64,000 nucleotides of DNA from Polyangia bacterium (GCA_050287845.1 JBNKCR010000017.1:103233-167232); one strand, 5' to 3'. Positions 40,351 to 50,126 are shown, counted from the first letter of the stretch. Numbers and translations are program-made. The notes: generated from the letters alone by a model not told the origin.

Positions 40351-42039
40351 TCAGATATTCGAATCCGTAGAGATTTGCAATGTCTGGTTGACCTTGCGAA
40401 CGAGGGATTCCACATCGAATGGTTTGCGCAGCAGATTGGGTTCGTCCCCCAAATCACAATGGATCAGCAAATCTGTGCCATATCCGGTCATAAAGAGCAC
40501 CTTCATCTGCGGAGCCATGCGGGTCAGTTCGGCTGCCAGTCGCTTGCCGTCCAGCTCCGGCAGAATCACGTCGGCAAGGAGCAGATGAAACCCGCGGGGA
40601 TTCCGGTGCATGGCTTCTCTGGCGTCGCGAACGCTGGTCGCGAACGTTACATCAAACCCCTGCTGGGTCAACAGGCGGCGAACCAGTCGGCACATCCGCT
40701 CATCATCATCTACCACCAGCACCGACCTGACGCTGGCATCGTTTTCGGAGGCCGGGTGGGAACGGGTTGGCAACAGCGCAGGAAACCAGAGGGAAAAAAG
40801 GGTGCCGGTGCTCTTTTCGCTTTCCACCATCACGTATCCTTCATGTTGCCGGGTGATGCCCCAGACGGTGGACAGACCAAGACCACTGCCTTCCATGTTC
40901 TTGGTGCTGAAAAATGGCTCGAAAATGTGCTTCTGTGTATCTTCATCGATACCCATCCCGGTATCGTGAACATTCAGCACCACATAGTTACCGGCCGGAA
41001 TGGCGTTCCATGGATTGGTCAACGCCGATTCCAGGAAGACTTGCCGGGTACTCACATTGATTCTGCCGATTCCGCAGATGGCGTCACTGGCGTTGATGAA
41101 CAGGTTCAACAGGATCTGTTTCATCTGCGCATTGTCGCCGACCAGCTGACATGGCCCGGAGGCATATTTGTATTCGATGAATATGTTTTCCGGTATCAGA
41201 CGGCGCATGAGCTGCGCACTCTCCTGGATAACCTGATTCAGGTCCAGAACATCTCTGTGACCGCGCTGTTTCTGGCCAAAGGTCAGCAGTTGCTGGGTGA
41301 TTTCCCGGGCGCTGTGGGCCGAGGCCAGAATTTCTTTCATGTCCTCCATAATGGGATGACTGGAGCCCAGTTGCTCAATCACCACCTCACTGTATCCAAT
41401 AATGGGTGACAGCAGATTGTTGAAATCATGGGCGACACCTGCGGCCAGACGTCCCACGGATTCCAGTCTCCTGGCGTGGCGAAGCTGGTCTGCCAGTCGG
41501 TTGCGTTCGCGCTCAATAGCTACCCGTTCGCTGATATCGATGAGCACTCCCCGAATTCCCTGAAATACCCCATCAATGAAAATGCCGTCGGAATAAATCA
41601 GCACTTCAAATTCCGAATCATCCCTGCTGACGGCAACGTATTCATTGCCGGTTGATTTGATTCCTTTTTTGCGGGCTTCGAATCCGGCCACCATCCGATC
41701 GAACGAATCCGCACGCAACACATCGTAAATTCGTTTTTTATGGAGCACCTCAGCGGGGCTGTATCCGAATCGGGCGAGGCTCCGGGCGTTCACCCGCGTG
41801 AGAAATGCATCGGCGTCGGTCTCAAATGCCGGTAAGGGTAAAAATTCGAAAAGCTCATCGTACATCCGGTTCTGTGGGGTGTCCGTGGCCGCACCCGGAG
41901 AAACACTTCTGGCCGCTTCAGACATGCCGCGAAGCAAATCCAGTTCCCGCTCCAGCTGTTCGATTTTTCTTATAAGTTCTTTCCGCGATAGATGTGTGTA
42001 CATATATGTGTCCCGGTCTGAAAATAAATACGATGACAT
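40351..42039 (-). CDS. PAS-containing hybrid histidine kinase / response regulator
   Basis: VAHDFNNLL H-box, NLFINA, DTGMG, FEPFFSTK, GSGLGL; receiver LVVDDD, ADVILP, RKPF. Start uncertain. Confidence 0.92.
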   Translation of the reverse strand: MSSYLFSDRDTYMYTHLSRKELIRKIEQLERELDLLRGMSEAARSVSPGAATDTPQNRMYDELFEFLPLPAFETDADAFLTRVNARSLARFGYSPAEVLHKKRIYDVLRADSFDRMVAGFEARKKGIKSTGNEYVAVSRDDSEFEVLIYSDGIFIDGVFQGIRGVLIDISERVAIERERNRLADQLRHARRLESVGRLAAGVAHDFNNLLSPIIGYSEVVIEQLGSSHPIMEDMKEILASAHSAREITQQLLTFGQKQRGHRDVLDLNQVIQESAQLMRRLIPENIFIEYKYASGPCQLVGDNAQMKQILLNLFINASDAICGIGRINVSTRQVFLESALTNPWNAIPAGNYVVLNVHDTGMGIDEDTQKHIFEPFFSTKNMEGSGLGLSTVWGITRQHEGYVMVESEKSTGTLFSLWFPALLPTRSHPASENDASVRSVLVVDDDERMCRLVRRLLTQQGFDVTFATSVRDAREAMHRNPRGFHLLLADVILPELDGKRLAAELTRMAPQMKVLFMTGYGTDLLIHCDLGDEPNLLRKPFDVESLVRKVNQTLQISTDSNI

Positions 42040-42350
42040 ACGATGTCATACCGAATCTGTTCCGTTGTCAATTTTGTTTTCATCGCATGTGCTCACCAGG
42101 GCGAAAAAAAAAGAGACCTTCCTCATTATAGATGTAGAAGTTGGATAATAGGGAAAAATTCGAGTTCAGGAAATACGATATTAATTGGCTGATGTGTCTG
42201 ATGTATCGCCATTGTTTCAAGTTTCTGTTCTTTAAAATTGAACCGAGTTTGTTGGCTCATGGTACTGGCATCGGTAAGGCGGCTGATAATTGACTTTCTG
42301 TCAGCGAATCGGGGGCGTGACAAACCAAACTTTCTATTATGGAGGAACAG

Positions 42351-43625
42351 ATGATTGGTCGAATAATTCTTTCAGGGGGTCTGCTTTTCGCATTTTTGCT
42401 GGGGTGTGTTTCGTGTGGGACGGATCCGGCAGAGAATGATGACAGTTCCGATTCGGATACAGATAGCGATACGGATACAGATACCGACACGGACACGGAC
42501 ACGGATACCGATACGGACACGGACACGGACACGGACACGGATACCGATACCGACACCGATACGGATACGGATACCGACACGGACACGGACACGGATACCG
42601 ATACGGACACGGATACGGATACGGATACGGATACGGACACGGATACAGATACCGACACCGATACGGACACGGATACCGATACGGACACGGATACCGATAC
42701 GGACACGGATACCGATACGGACACCGGGGTGGCTGTTCCCCAGAAATTTCTCGGCAACATCATTCCCGGAAACGTTCGAAATGATTTCGATACATACTGG
42801 AATCAGGTGACTTCCGAAAATGGATGCAAGTGGGGCACTGTAGAGCGGAATCAGGGTCAGATGGATTGGGGTCAATGCGATTTGGCGTATAATCACGCCA
42901 AGGAAAAAGGGTATCCGTTTAAATTTCATACCTTTGTCTGGGGGTCCCAGGAGCCGGGCTGGCTGGGATCGGTGTCGGATACCGAAAAAGGGGCAGAGGT
43001 CGAAGAATTTATCCGGCTGGCTTCCGAGCATTATTCCGACATTGACATGATTGACGTGGTCAACGAAGCCCTGCCCAGACATGCGCCATCCAACGCCCGC
43101 AACGGTCTGGGTGGAGACGGCGCCACCGGGTGGGATTGGATTGTGACATCATTCAAACTGGCGCGGCAATATTTCCCCGAAGCCAAATTGCTCATCAATG
43201 ATTACGGCGTTATCAACGATCCGAATGCCATCCGAACCTACCTGGAAATCATCGAGATTCTGAAGGCCGATAATTACGAGGGGAAACCGCTCATCGATGG
43301 CATCGGGATTCAGACCCATTGTTTCAATGTCAACACCATGTCCCATGATCAGGTTGTGGCCAATCTCGATTTGCTGGCCGCCGCCGAGCTGCCCATTTAT
43401 CCGTCGGAGCTGGATATTCAGGGACAGGGCAATGATGAGAATTCGCAGCGTCAGCGGTATGAGGCGGTATTCACCGCCCTGTGGGAGCATCCCATGGTGG
43501 CCGGGGTGACCCTGTGGGGATATGTGGCAGGCACCACCTGGATTGACGATACCGGCATCATGAGTGGGAATGGCACACCCCGGGCAGCCATGACCTGGCT
43601 ATTCGACTATGTTGGCCAGCAGTAG
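42351..43625 (+). CDS. GH10 endo-1,4-beta-xylanase lipoprotein with Asp-Thr repeat linker
   Basis: Lipoprotein signal; WNQVTSENGCKW, FHTFVW, DVVNE (acid/base), INDY, GIGIQTH, PSELDI (nucleophile), GVTLWG. Confidence 0.9.
   Translation: MIGRIILSGGLLFAFLLGCVSCGTDPAENDDSSDSDTDSDTDTDTDTDTDTDTDTDTDTDTDTDTDTDTDTDTDTDTDTDTDTDTDTDTDTDTDTDTDTDTDTDTDTDTDTDTDTDTDTDTDTDTGVAVPQKFLGNIIPGNVRNDFDTYWNQVTSENGCKWGTVERNQGQMDWGQCDLAYNHAKEKGYPFKFHTFVWGSQEPGWLGSVSDTEKGAEVEEFIRLASEHYSDIDMIDVVNEALPRHAPSNARNGLGGDGATGWDWIVTSFKLARQYFPEAKLLINDYGVINDPNAIRTYLEIIEILKADNYEGKPLIDGIGIQTHCFNVNTMSHDQVVANLDLLAAAELPIYPSELDIQGQGNDENSQRQRYEAVFTALWEHPMVAGVTLWGYVAGTTWIDDTGIMSGNGTPRAAMTWLFDYVGQQ
42450..42725 (+). repeat. Coding hexanucleotide repeat GAYACN encoding about 45 Asp-Thr/Ser dipeptides
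   Basis: Directly visible; synonymous codon variation (gat/gac, acg/acc/aca). Confidence 0.97.
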
Positions 43626-43740
43626 CCTCCAAATGTTTTCGTCTTTCCCGGGTAAATGTAGAACACCAATTGCATTAATTCATCGGAATTGTTGAAAAAT
43701 CTGTTTGTACCTGGCAAAACACGAAGGTTTTTCCCATGAG

Positions 43741-46389
43741 TCAGTGCTCCATCATGTCCTTGAGTCGGGTCAGCAGACTGAGGGCTTCCAGGGGCGTGAT
43801 GCGGTTTATATCAATTTCTTTAATAATCCGCTCCACCTCGGAGGGTTGGGGTCTGGCAAATAAATCGAGCTGTGGCGCCTGTTTGGCCTTCTGAGGCACT
43901 TTACCGGTGGGGGTTTTGGGTTCCTCCTGCTCCAGACTGGTCAGAATATCCCGGGCCCGCTGTACCACCAGTTCGGGGAGTCCCGCCATTTTTGCCACCT
44001 GAATTCCGAAGGAATGGCTGGTGCCGCCTTCGACCAGTTTACGTAAAAACACCACGTCTTCCCCATATTCCCTTGCGGCGACGTGATAGTTTGCGGCGTG
44101 GGCCTTGATATTGGCCAGTTCCACCAGCTCATGATAGTGGGTGGCAAACATGGTTTTACACTGCACGGCATCGTGGAGATATTCACCCACACTCCAGGCA
44201 ATGGACAATCCGTCAAAGGTACTGGTGCCGCGGCCCACCTCGTCCAGAATCACCAGACTGTCCCGGGTCGCGCTGCGCAGAATGGTGGAGGTTTCGTTCA
44301 TTTCCACCATGAATGTGGACGCACCCCGGGCGATATTGTCGGAGGCGCCCACCCGGGTGAACAGTCGGTCCGTGAGCGAAATATTCGCCGCCGCCGCCGG
44401 GACGAAGGATCCCATCTGCGCCATGATCGTAATGAGGGCCACCTGGCGCATCACCGTGGACTTACCGGCCATATTGGGTCCGGTGATGACCATCAACCGT
44501 TGGTCCTCTACATCAAGGGTGATGTCGTTGGGTACAAAGGGGACGGTGCTGAATAGGGTTTCGACCAGGGGATGACGGCCTTCCCGGATGTGAATCACGC
44601 CTTTGTCGTTAATATGGGGCATCACGTAATTGTACCTGCGAGCCACGGTGGCCAGGGAACACGCACAGTCCAGCGCAGCGATGCGGGAACTGAGGGCGAG
44701 GAGTCGGGGAATATGCGCAACGAGATTGTTCAGCAGCTCTTCGAACAGTTCCTTTTCGAGGGATTTGCGTTTTTCGTCGGCGGAGAGTACTTTGGCTTCC
44801 CATTCTTCGAGTTCGGGGGTGATGTATCGCTCGCCGTTGACCAGGGTCTGTTTGCGGATGTAGTTTTCCGGCACATTTTTCAGATTGGATTTGGTCACCA
44901 GAATGAAGTAGCCGAACACTTTGTTGTACGAGACCTTGAGGGAGCTGATTCCGGTGCGCGCTCGTTCGCGGGCTTCGAGGGACGCGATAAAATCCTTGGC
45001 GGAGGCAACGGTTTCCACCAGGTCGTCAAGGGCGGCGTTGTACCCGACTCTGAAGATGCCGGCGTCGGTGCGGGAGACAGGTGGCTCATCCACCAGGGCG
45101 GCATTCAGGGCTGCGCTCAGGTCCTGAGCGCGATCCAGGGGCCCCCCCAGAATTTCCCGGGAGTCCGGGGCAGGACAACTGGTCAGTAAATCGTCAAGTT
45201 CGGTGAGCGCGAACAGGGAGTTCCGCAGTACGCCAATATCTCTGGGCGATGCGGCGTTCATCCCGATGCGGGCGGCGATGCGTTCGATGTCCGCAATATT
45301 ATCCAGTGCTTCGGCGGTATCCTGTCGGAACGAGGCGTCGTCAAAAAAGAGTTCCACCCGGGCCAGGCGCCGTCGGATGGCGTCTGCTTCGGAGAGGGGA
45401 TAATTAATCATATGCCGCAGCATCCGCGCGCCCATGGGGGTCTGGGTCGCATCGAGAAGCCACAGCAACGAGCCCTTTTTGTGCCCTTCGCTGGTCTGCA
45501 CCAGCTCCAGGTGGGCCTTGGTGGCTTCGTCAATGACCATGTGATCGGAAATGCTGTAATGGGTGAATTTGGTTCTGGGCAGGCCATCTCTGGGACGGGT
45601 GGCGCGAATGTACGAAATTACCGCACCGGCGGCTCGTCCCAGCAGGGTTGCCTCCTTGAGCAGCAGTGTCGCTTCTTCTTCGCCAATCACAGACATGAGG
45701 TTTTCCATGGCCCGGGCAGTATCAAAATGCGCGTCGTCGATGGTGGTGATATAACACGAAGGCAGAACCGTTTTAAGTCCGGTGAACTGGTCGGTCAGAC
45801 TTTCGGCCACCAGCAATTCCCGGGGCTCCAGACGAAACACTTCCCCGGTCAGCGCACCGGCACCCATCACCTGTGTTCCCTTGAACTCGTTGGTTGACGC
45901 ATCCATGCAGGCCAGGGCGAACAGGGTGTTGTCATCGCTGCCTTCGGTGAGCGGCAGCACCGCAACCAGGTAATTGTTGGTCTTGGAATCCAGGTTTTCC
46001 TCATCGAGAATGACCCCGGGGGTGATGACCCGGACCACCTCCCGTTTCACCAGTCCCTTCACCTTGGATGGGTCTTCCATCTGCTCGCAAATCGCCACCT
46101 TGAATCCCTGTTCGATGAGTCGTGACACATATCCCACCGATGCATGATGGGGAATTCCGCACATGGGAATGGGGTCCGGGGCGTTCTTGTTGCGACTGGT
46201 GAGGGTCAAATCCAGCGCATCTGCCGCCAGAATTGCGTCTTCAAAAAACATCTCATAAAAATCGCCCATCCGATACATCACGATGGCCTCAGGATACTGA
46301 TCCTTGATGGACATATACTGACGCATCATGGGGGTATCGTTGGCACTTTTACCGGTGTTGACTTTTATGGTTTTCTGTCGCGTCGCCAT
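43741..46389 (-). CDS. mutS: DNA mismatch repair protein MutS (MutS1)
   Basis: TPMMRQY, RMGDFYEMF, GRHPLVE, TGPNMAGKST, STFMVEM, DEVGRGT, ATHYHEL. Start reassigned to MATRQK. Confidence 0.97.
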   Translation of the reverse strand: MATRQKTIKVNTGKSANDTPMMRQYMSIKDQYPEAIVMYRMGDFYEMFFEDAILAADALDLTLTSRNKNAPDPIPMCGIPHHASVGYVSRLIEQGFKVAICEQMEDPSKVKGLVKREVVRVITPGVILDEENLDSKTNNYLVAVLPLTEGSDDNTLFALACMDASTNEFKGTQVMGAGALTGEVFRLEPRELLVAESLTDQFTGLKTVLPSCYITTIDDAHFDTARAMENLMSVIGEEEATLLLKEATLLGRAAGAVISYIRATRPRDGLPRTKFTHYSISDHMVIDEATKAHLELVQTSEGHKKGSLLWLLDATQTPMGARMLRHMINYPLSEADAIRRRLARVELFFDDASFRQDTAEALDNIADIERIAARIGMNAASPRDIGVLRNSLFALTELDDLLTSCPAPDSREILGGPLDRAQDLSAALNAALVDEPPVSRTDAGIFRVGYNAALDDLVETVASAKDFIASLEARERARTGISSLKVSYNKVFGYFILVTKSNLKNVPENYIRKQTLVNGERYITPELEEWEAKVLSADEKRKSLEKELFEELLNNLVAHIPRLLALSSRIAALDCACSLATVARRYNYVMPHINDKGVIHIREGRHPLVETLFSTVPFVPNDITLDVEDQRLMVITGPNMAGKSTVMRQVALITIMAQMGSFVPAAAANISLTDRLFTRVGASDNIARGASTFMVEMNETSTILRSATRDSLVILDEVGRGTSTFDGLSIAWSVGEYLHDAVQCKTMFATHYHELVELANIKAHAANYHVAAREYGEDVVFLRKLVEGGTSHSFGIQVAKMAGLPELVVQRARDILTSLEQEEPKTPTGKVPQKAKQAPQLDLFARPQPSEVERIIKEIDINRITPLEALSLLTRLKDMMEH

Positions 46390-46509
46390 GGTGGGTCTAT
46401 AGCACGGTCTCCCTTTCAATGGCCAGCTCCCCGTACATTTTTGAATACGGTTCTGTTGTCTTTCTGTGTTATTGAAAAAACCATCGAAAACCCGTTCCAG
46501 GAGGAGGCG

Positions 46510-47022
46510 ATGTTGGTGCTCAGACCGATGACCGAGGCAGATTGTGCAGCAATTGTTACAATTCTCAATGAGGTGGTGCGTACTGGAAATCAGATTGCGT
46601 TTACCAGAGAGTTCACGGTGGCCGACCGGGCGCAGTGGTTTGCGGAACATCAGTCACAGGACTATCCCCTTTATGTGGCAGAAATGGATGATGCAGTGGT
46701 GGGCTGGGTCAGTCTGTCAGCCTACCGCCCCGGACGCGAAGCGCTGAAGCACACGGTGGAGATCAGTTATGGCGTGTGCGAGTGTATGCGCCGAAAAGGG
46801 GTGGGAAGCGCCATGGTGGTTAAAATGCTGGAGGTCGCCAGGGAGCGGGGACATCGGATTGTCTTTGCCATCATTTTTGACAACAACACGGCCAGCCTGG
46901 GACTTCTTGAAAAACATGGCTTCATAAAATGGGGACACCTCCCCGACGTTGCTTTTCTCAACGGCACGCTGCTCGGCCACGTATATCTGGGGCTGAGGCT
47001 GGATTCGCTCTCCCTGAGATGA
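46510..47022 (+). CDS. GNAT N-acetyltransferase (phosphinothricin/methionine-sulfoximine acetyltransferase-like)
   Basis: GAGGAGG RBS; VVGWVSLSAYRPGR, TVEISY, RRKGVG, NTASLGLLEKHGF. Confidence 0.88.
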   Translation: MLVLRPMTEADCAAIVTILNEVVRTGNQIAFTREFTVADRAQWFAEHQSQDYPLYVAEMDDAVVGWVSLSAYRPGREALKHTVEISYGVCECMRRKGVGSAMVVKMLEVARERGHRIVFAIIFDNNTASLGLLEKHGFIKWGHLPDVAFLNGTLLGHVYLGLRLDSLSLR

Positions 47023-47054
47023 ACGCATGACCGTCAGACAGGGAGCAGCGCTTA

Positions 47055-47700
47055 CCCCAGCGAATTGGCCCAGCGAATTGGCTCAGAGTGATTATTGTTC
47101 CCCCAGCGAATTGGCTCAGAGTGATTATTGTTCCCCCAGCGAATTGGCCCAGCGAATTGGCCCCAGCGAATTGGCTCAGAGTGATTATTGTTCCGTTGTA
47201 CGAAGTTTGGATATGCGCGATGAATCTGCGGTTTATCTGATATTTTATTCTGGGTTCAGACGGAATGTGCCAGGCTCGTTCCGGGTGATTTGTGGTCACG
47301 CTGCCCTCGATTGAATTGCTCGTCGGAAAATCACGCAGTCCAGACGCACGTAACCAGTGCTGCAATGCATGCCATGCCATTTGCCGATTTTTTTCAATAC
47401 CTGCTGCCACACCGAGATGCCAGGAATCGACGGCCGGATACTGCCGTATGGGAATTCGGTTTTATGCGCACCGCTCCGATACGCGACGGATGCTTCAATG
47501 TACCTGTTGCAGAACTTCTTCATTGATTCTTTGTATTCTTCCCGTCGTTTATTGCACGCGTAATGACACAAGGTTGTCCTTCACCGGATTCAGCAGCGCG
47601 TAAAACATCTGAGCCTCACTGCTTTCATCGTCCAGACATTTGGTGGTTCTGGTATAGAAAAAAAATCACTCCGAGCGTTTGGTGAGGGCGTTTGGTGAGG
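47055..47700 (-). mobile_element. Internally deleted RAYT-like (Y1/HUH transposase) element, copy 1
   Basis: Left end GCTCAGAGTGATTATT (47174-47189), inverted right end AAAAATCACTCCGAGC (47661-47676). Minus-strand remnants MFYALLNPVKDNLV (Y..NPV motif) and a C-terminus CH.ACNKRREEY..YIEASVAYR.G..TEFPYG. Homologous to copies 2 and 3. Confidence 0.75.
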
Positions 47701-47803
47701 AGTAAATTGTTTTACGCAGAAAAATAACAACGAGTTCCCATTTTGGCCTGCAGCGGTGTATCCGTATCAGATACCATTTATGATTGAACCGGAGGTGACC
47801 ATA

Positions 47804-48718
47804 ATGCGATACGTACTGTTTTTTATACAGGCTGCGGCCACTTTATTTGCCACGAACGCTTTTGCTCAGGAGTGTTACCTGAGTACGGAATGCGATGGGG
47901 ACGCCATTTGCATCAATAAGACCTGCGCAATACCTGACGGGAAACAGGCCACATGTGATTCCAGTGATGATTGTGAATCGGCGTATTTTTGTGAGAGTGA
48001 TGTTTGTAAACCCAACGGTGTGGCATGCCAAAATGACGATGGGTTTGGGATAGAGAATGTAACTTTTGGGCTGGCGGCCTGTTCCGTTGGCTCTAATTCG
48101 CATTGGATGGCCGATATGGAATGTATGCCGGGAACGGATGGATGCGATATACTATCTCTTGAACAGATGACTACCTCGGAGCTTGAAGACGAATACCAGG
48201 ACTGTATGACTCACCTGACAGATGCCTGCGACATTGTTGTGCCTGAACCGGAAGATGTCTGTGATTCCGATTTGCTTGATGTTTGCACAAACTACGTCAC
48301 CTTGATAGAAGACTTTCAATCTGTTTGCAGCGAGGAAAGAGGCATGGGGGGCGGCGATGACGCCGTCCAGGTGTCCAACCTGTATGCATTTCCCCGATTC
48401 AAGGGACTCTCGGGCGACAAAACCGACTATCAGATTGTTCTTTGCTGCGAGGAATTCGAAGATGATTCGCAAAGGGACGATATCGAAGCTGTTTTGGATT
48501 GTATGGACGGGTTTTCTGCCGAAGATTGCGATGGGGTTTTGGACTGCCTGGATAGGGCGCCCAATGCGGACGACAGTTATGGCGCGGATGACGATGGCGA
48601 ACAGAATGAAAAGGGCAGCAGCGCCTCATCTTCTTCCCTGGGCGACAGCAAATCTGGATGCAGTCTGGTACATCCCGGTAGCCCTGTGGGCTCGCTGGTT
48701 GAGCTGCTTCTGATATGA
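47804..48718 (+). CDS. Exported Cys-rich acidic protein with C-terminal sorting-like tail
   Basis: GGAGG RBS; signal ending AFA; CxxxxxC...C...C repeats; ends KSGCSLVHPGSPVGSLVELLLI. Confidence 0.72.
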   Translation: MRYVLFFIQAAATLFATNAFAQECYLSTECDGDAICINKTCAIPDGKQATCDSSDDCESAYFCESDVCKPNGVACQNDDGFGIENVTFGLAACSVGSNSHWMADMECMPGTDGCDILSLEQMTTSELEDEYQDCMTHLTDACDIVVPEPEDVCDSDLLDVCTNYVTLIEDFQSVCSEERGMGGGDDAVQVSNLYAFPRFKGLSGDKTDYQIVLCCEEFEDDSQRDDIEAVLDCMDGFSAEDCDGVLDCLDRAPNADDSYGADDDGEQNEKGSSASSSSLGDSKSGCSLVHPGSPVGSLVELLLI

Positions 48719-48755
48719 CGGACGCTGCGCGCCAGTCTATCGGCTAATTGCACAG

Positions 48756-49198
48756 CCCCAGCAAATTAGACAAGCAAATTGGCACAAGCAAATTGGCTCA
48801 GAGTGATTATTGTTCCGTTGTACGAAGTTTGGATATGCGCGATGAATCTGCGGTTGATTTGATATTTTATTCAGGGTTCAGACAGAATGCGCCCGGTTCG
48901 TTCCGGGTGATTTGTGGTCACGCTGTCTTTGATTGAATTGCTCGTCGGGAAATCGTACAGTCCAGACGCACGTAACCAGCGCTGCAATGCATGCCACGCC
49001 ATTTGCCGACGTTTTTTATCGATACCTGCTGTTACACCGAGATGCCAGGAATCGACGGCCGGATACTGCCGTATGGAAATTCGGTTTTATACGCACCGCT
49101 CCGATACGCGACGGATGCTTCAATGTACCGGTTGCAGAACTACCGAAAAATCACTCCGAGCGTTTGATGACGCGTTTGATGACGCGTTTGATGACGAG
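48756..49198 (-). mobile_element. Internally deleted RAYT-like element, copy 2
   Basis: Same left end and about 340-bp body as copy 1; right end AAAAATCACTCCGAGC (49146-49161) followed by 3x GTTTGATGACG(C). Confidence 0.75.
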
Positions 49199-49199
49199 G

Positions 49200-49290
49200 A
49201 AATACCATATATATATAAATGAACATGATTTTTGTCACAGCCAATCTCCATGAACTCCACGTCCGGGCGAAATTTTCCAATTTCTTGAAA
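49200..49290 (-). pseudogene. IS200/IS605 TnpA fragment
   Basis: Minus strand QEIGKFRPDVEFMEIGCDKNHVHLYI contains an HUH (HVH) motif in TnpA-like context; cut by the right end of copy 2. Confidence 0.55.
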
Positions 49291-49351
49291 AAGGGGAGTT
49301 CCCGCGAGATTGAAGGCTTCGGCGTTCGACACCACAATCGATTTTTTTATC

Positions 49352-49380
49352 TTGACACGCGTACTCATTTGAGGCAATTT
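49352..49380 (+). promoter_or_regulatory. Candidate sigma70 promoter for tetR
   Basis: TTGACA, 17-bp spacer, CAATTT; immediately followed by the operator-like palindrome. Confidence 0.5.
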
Positions 49381-49384
49381 GTAA

Positions 49385-49404
49385 TTGACTGACCGGCCAA
49401 TCAA
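49385..49404. promoter_or_regulatory. Putative TetR operator 1
   Basis: Imperfect palindrome TTGACTGACCGGCCAATCAA upstream of tetR. Confidence 0.65.
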
Positions 49405-49420
49405 CAAATGGAGAAATGAT

Positions 49421-50056
49421 ATGCCAGGTACGCGAAACAGAGATCCGGAACTGACCAAATCCGCCATTCTGGATGCCGCAGAAGAAATTTTCATCGATAA
49501 GGGGCCAAGCAATACATCGCTCAGCATGATTGCCAGAAAGGCTCAGGTAACCAAAAGCCTTATTCACCATCATTTTGAATCGAAAGAACATCTGTGGAAT
49601 GAAGTGAAGAAACGAGCCCATAGGGAATATATGGAAAAACAGGGCGAGATTCTCCATTTTTCGGACGCAAATTTGAAAACGCTCGCAGAATCCCTGAAGA
49701 CGTATTTCCGGTTCATCCAGGCGAATCCGGGATTCATTCGCCTGCTCTCCTGGATGAATCTTGAAGATGGTGCAGACAAGGGCGATTTTTTCACAGAAGA
49801 AACGCAATTGATTACACTGGCGACGGAGCGGATAGCGGAAAGTCAGTCTGCCGGGCAGATGCGCAACGATATTCCTGCTGCGCATGTGGTGATTTCCTTC
49901 CTTGCCGTCTGTCACGCGTGGTTTCAGGAAAAAAATTCGTTTGCCAGGTATTTATCCAGGGAGTCGGACAGTGCCATTGAATCGGAAACACTGGACGAAC
50001 AATTTCTTCAAAGTGCGATAAAAATTATCACAGACGGCGTTAAAAATAGGGACTGA
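49421..50056 (+). CDS. TetR/AcrR-family transcriptional regulator
   Basis: ILDAAEEIFIDKG..TSLSMIARKAQVTKSLIHHHFESKEHL HTH. Confidence 0.93.
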   Translation: MPGTRNRDPELTKSAILDAAEEIFIDKGPSNTSLSMIARKAQVTKSLIHHHFESKEHLWNEVKKRAHREYMEKQGEILHFSDANLKTLAESLKTYFRFIQANPGFIRLLSWMNLEDGADKGDFFTEETQLITLATERIAESQSAGQMRNDIPAAHVVISFLAVCHAWFQEKNSFARYLSRESDSAIESETLDEQFLQSAIKIITDGVKNRD

Positions 50057-50106
50057 AAATATCAATCGAGAGGAGATAGTTTCATGCATTTTTCTTTGCA
50101 CATATA

Positions 50107-50126
50107 TAGACCGGTCGGCCAATCAA
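50107..50126. promoter_or_regulatory. Putative TetR operator 2
   Basis: TAGACCGGTCGGCCAATCAA, a close variant of operator 1, upstream of the next gene and the RND genes. Confidence 0.6.

Noticed and set aside
42257..43082. Ser-Val and Arg-Ile repeat ORFs (42257-42763, 42372-43082, 42406-42810)
   Set aside because: Antisense or alternative-frame shadows of the Asp-Thr repeat in the GH10 gene.
43741..46650. 969-aa MutS with long N-terminal extension, or MutS2; also extended ORF-track starts for rseP, yeiP, GNAT and TauE
   Set aside because: The extensions overlap neighbours or lack homologous character, and downstream starts fit better. The FYE mismatch-binding motif and absence of Smr indicate MutS1.
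47055..47194. Repeat cluster as a CRISPR array
   Set aside because: No unique spacers (units abut or are separated by copies of the same sequence), no cas genes nearby, and it is explained as element-end duplication.
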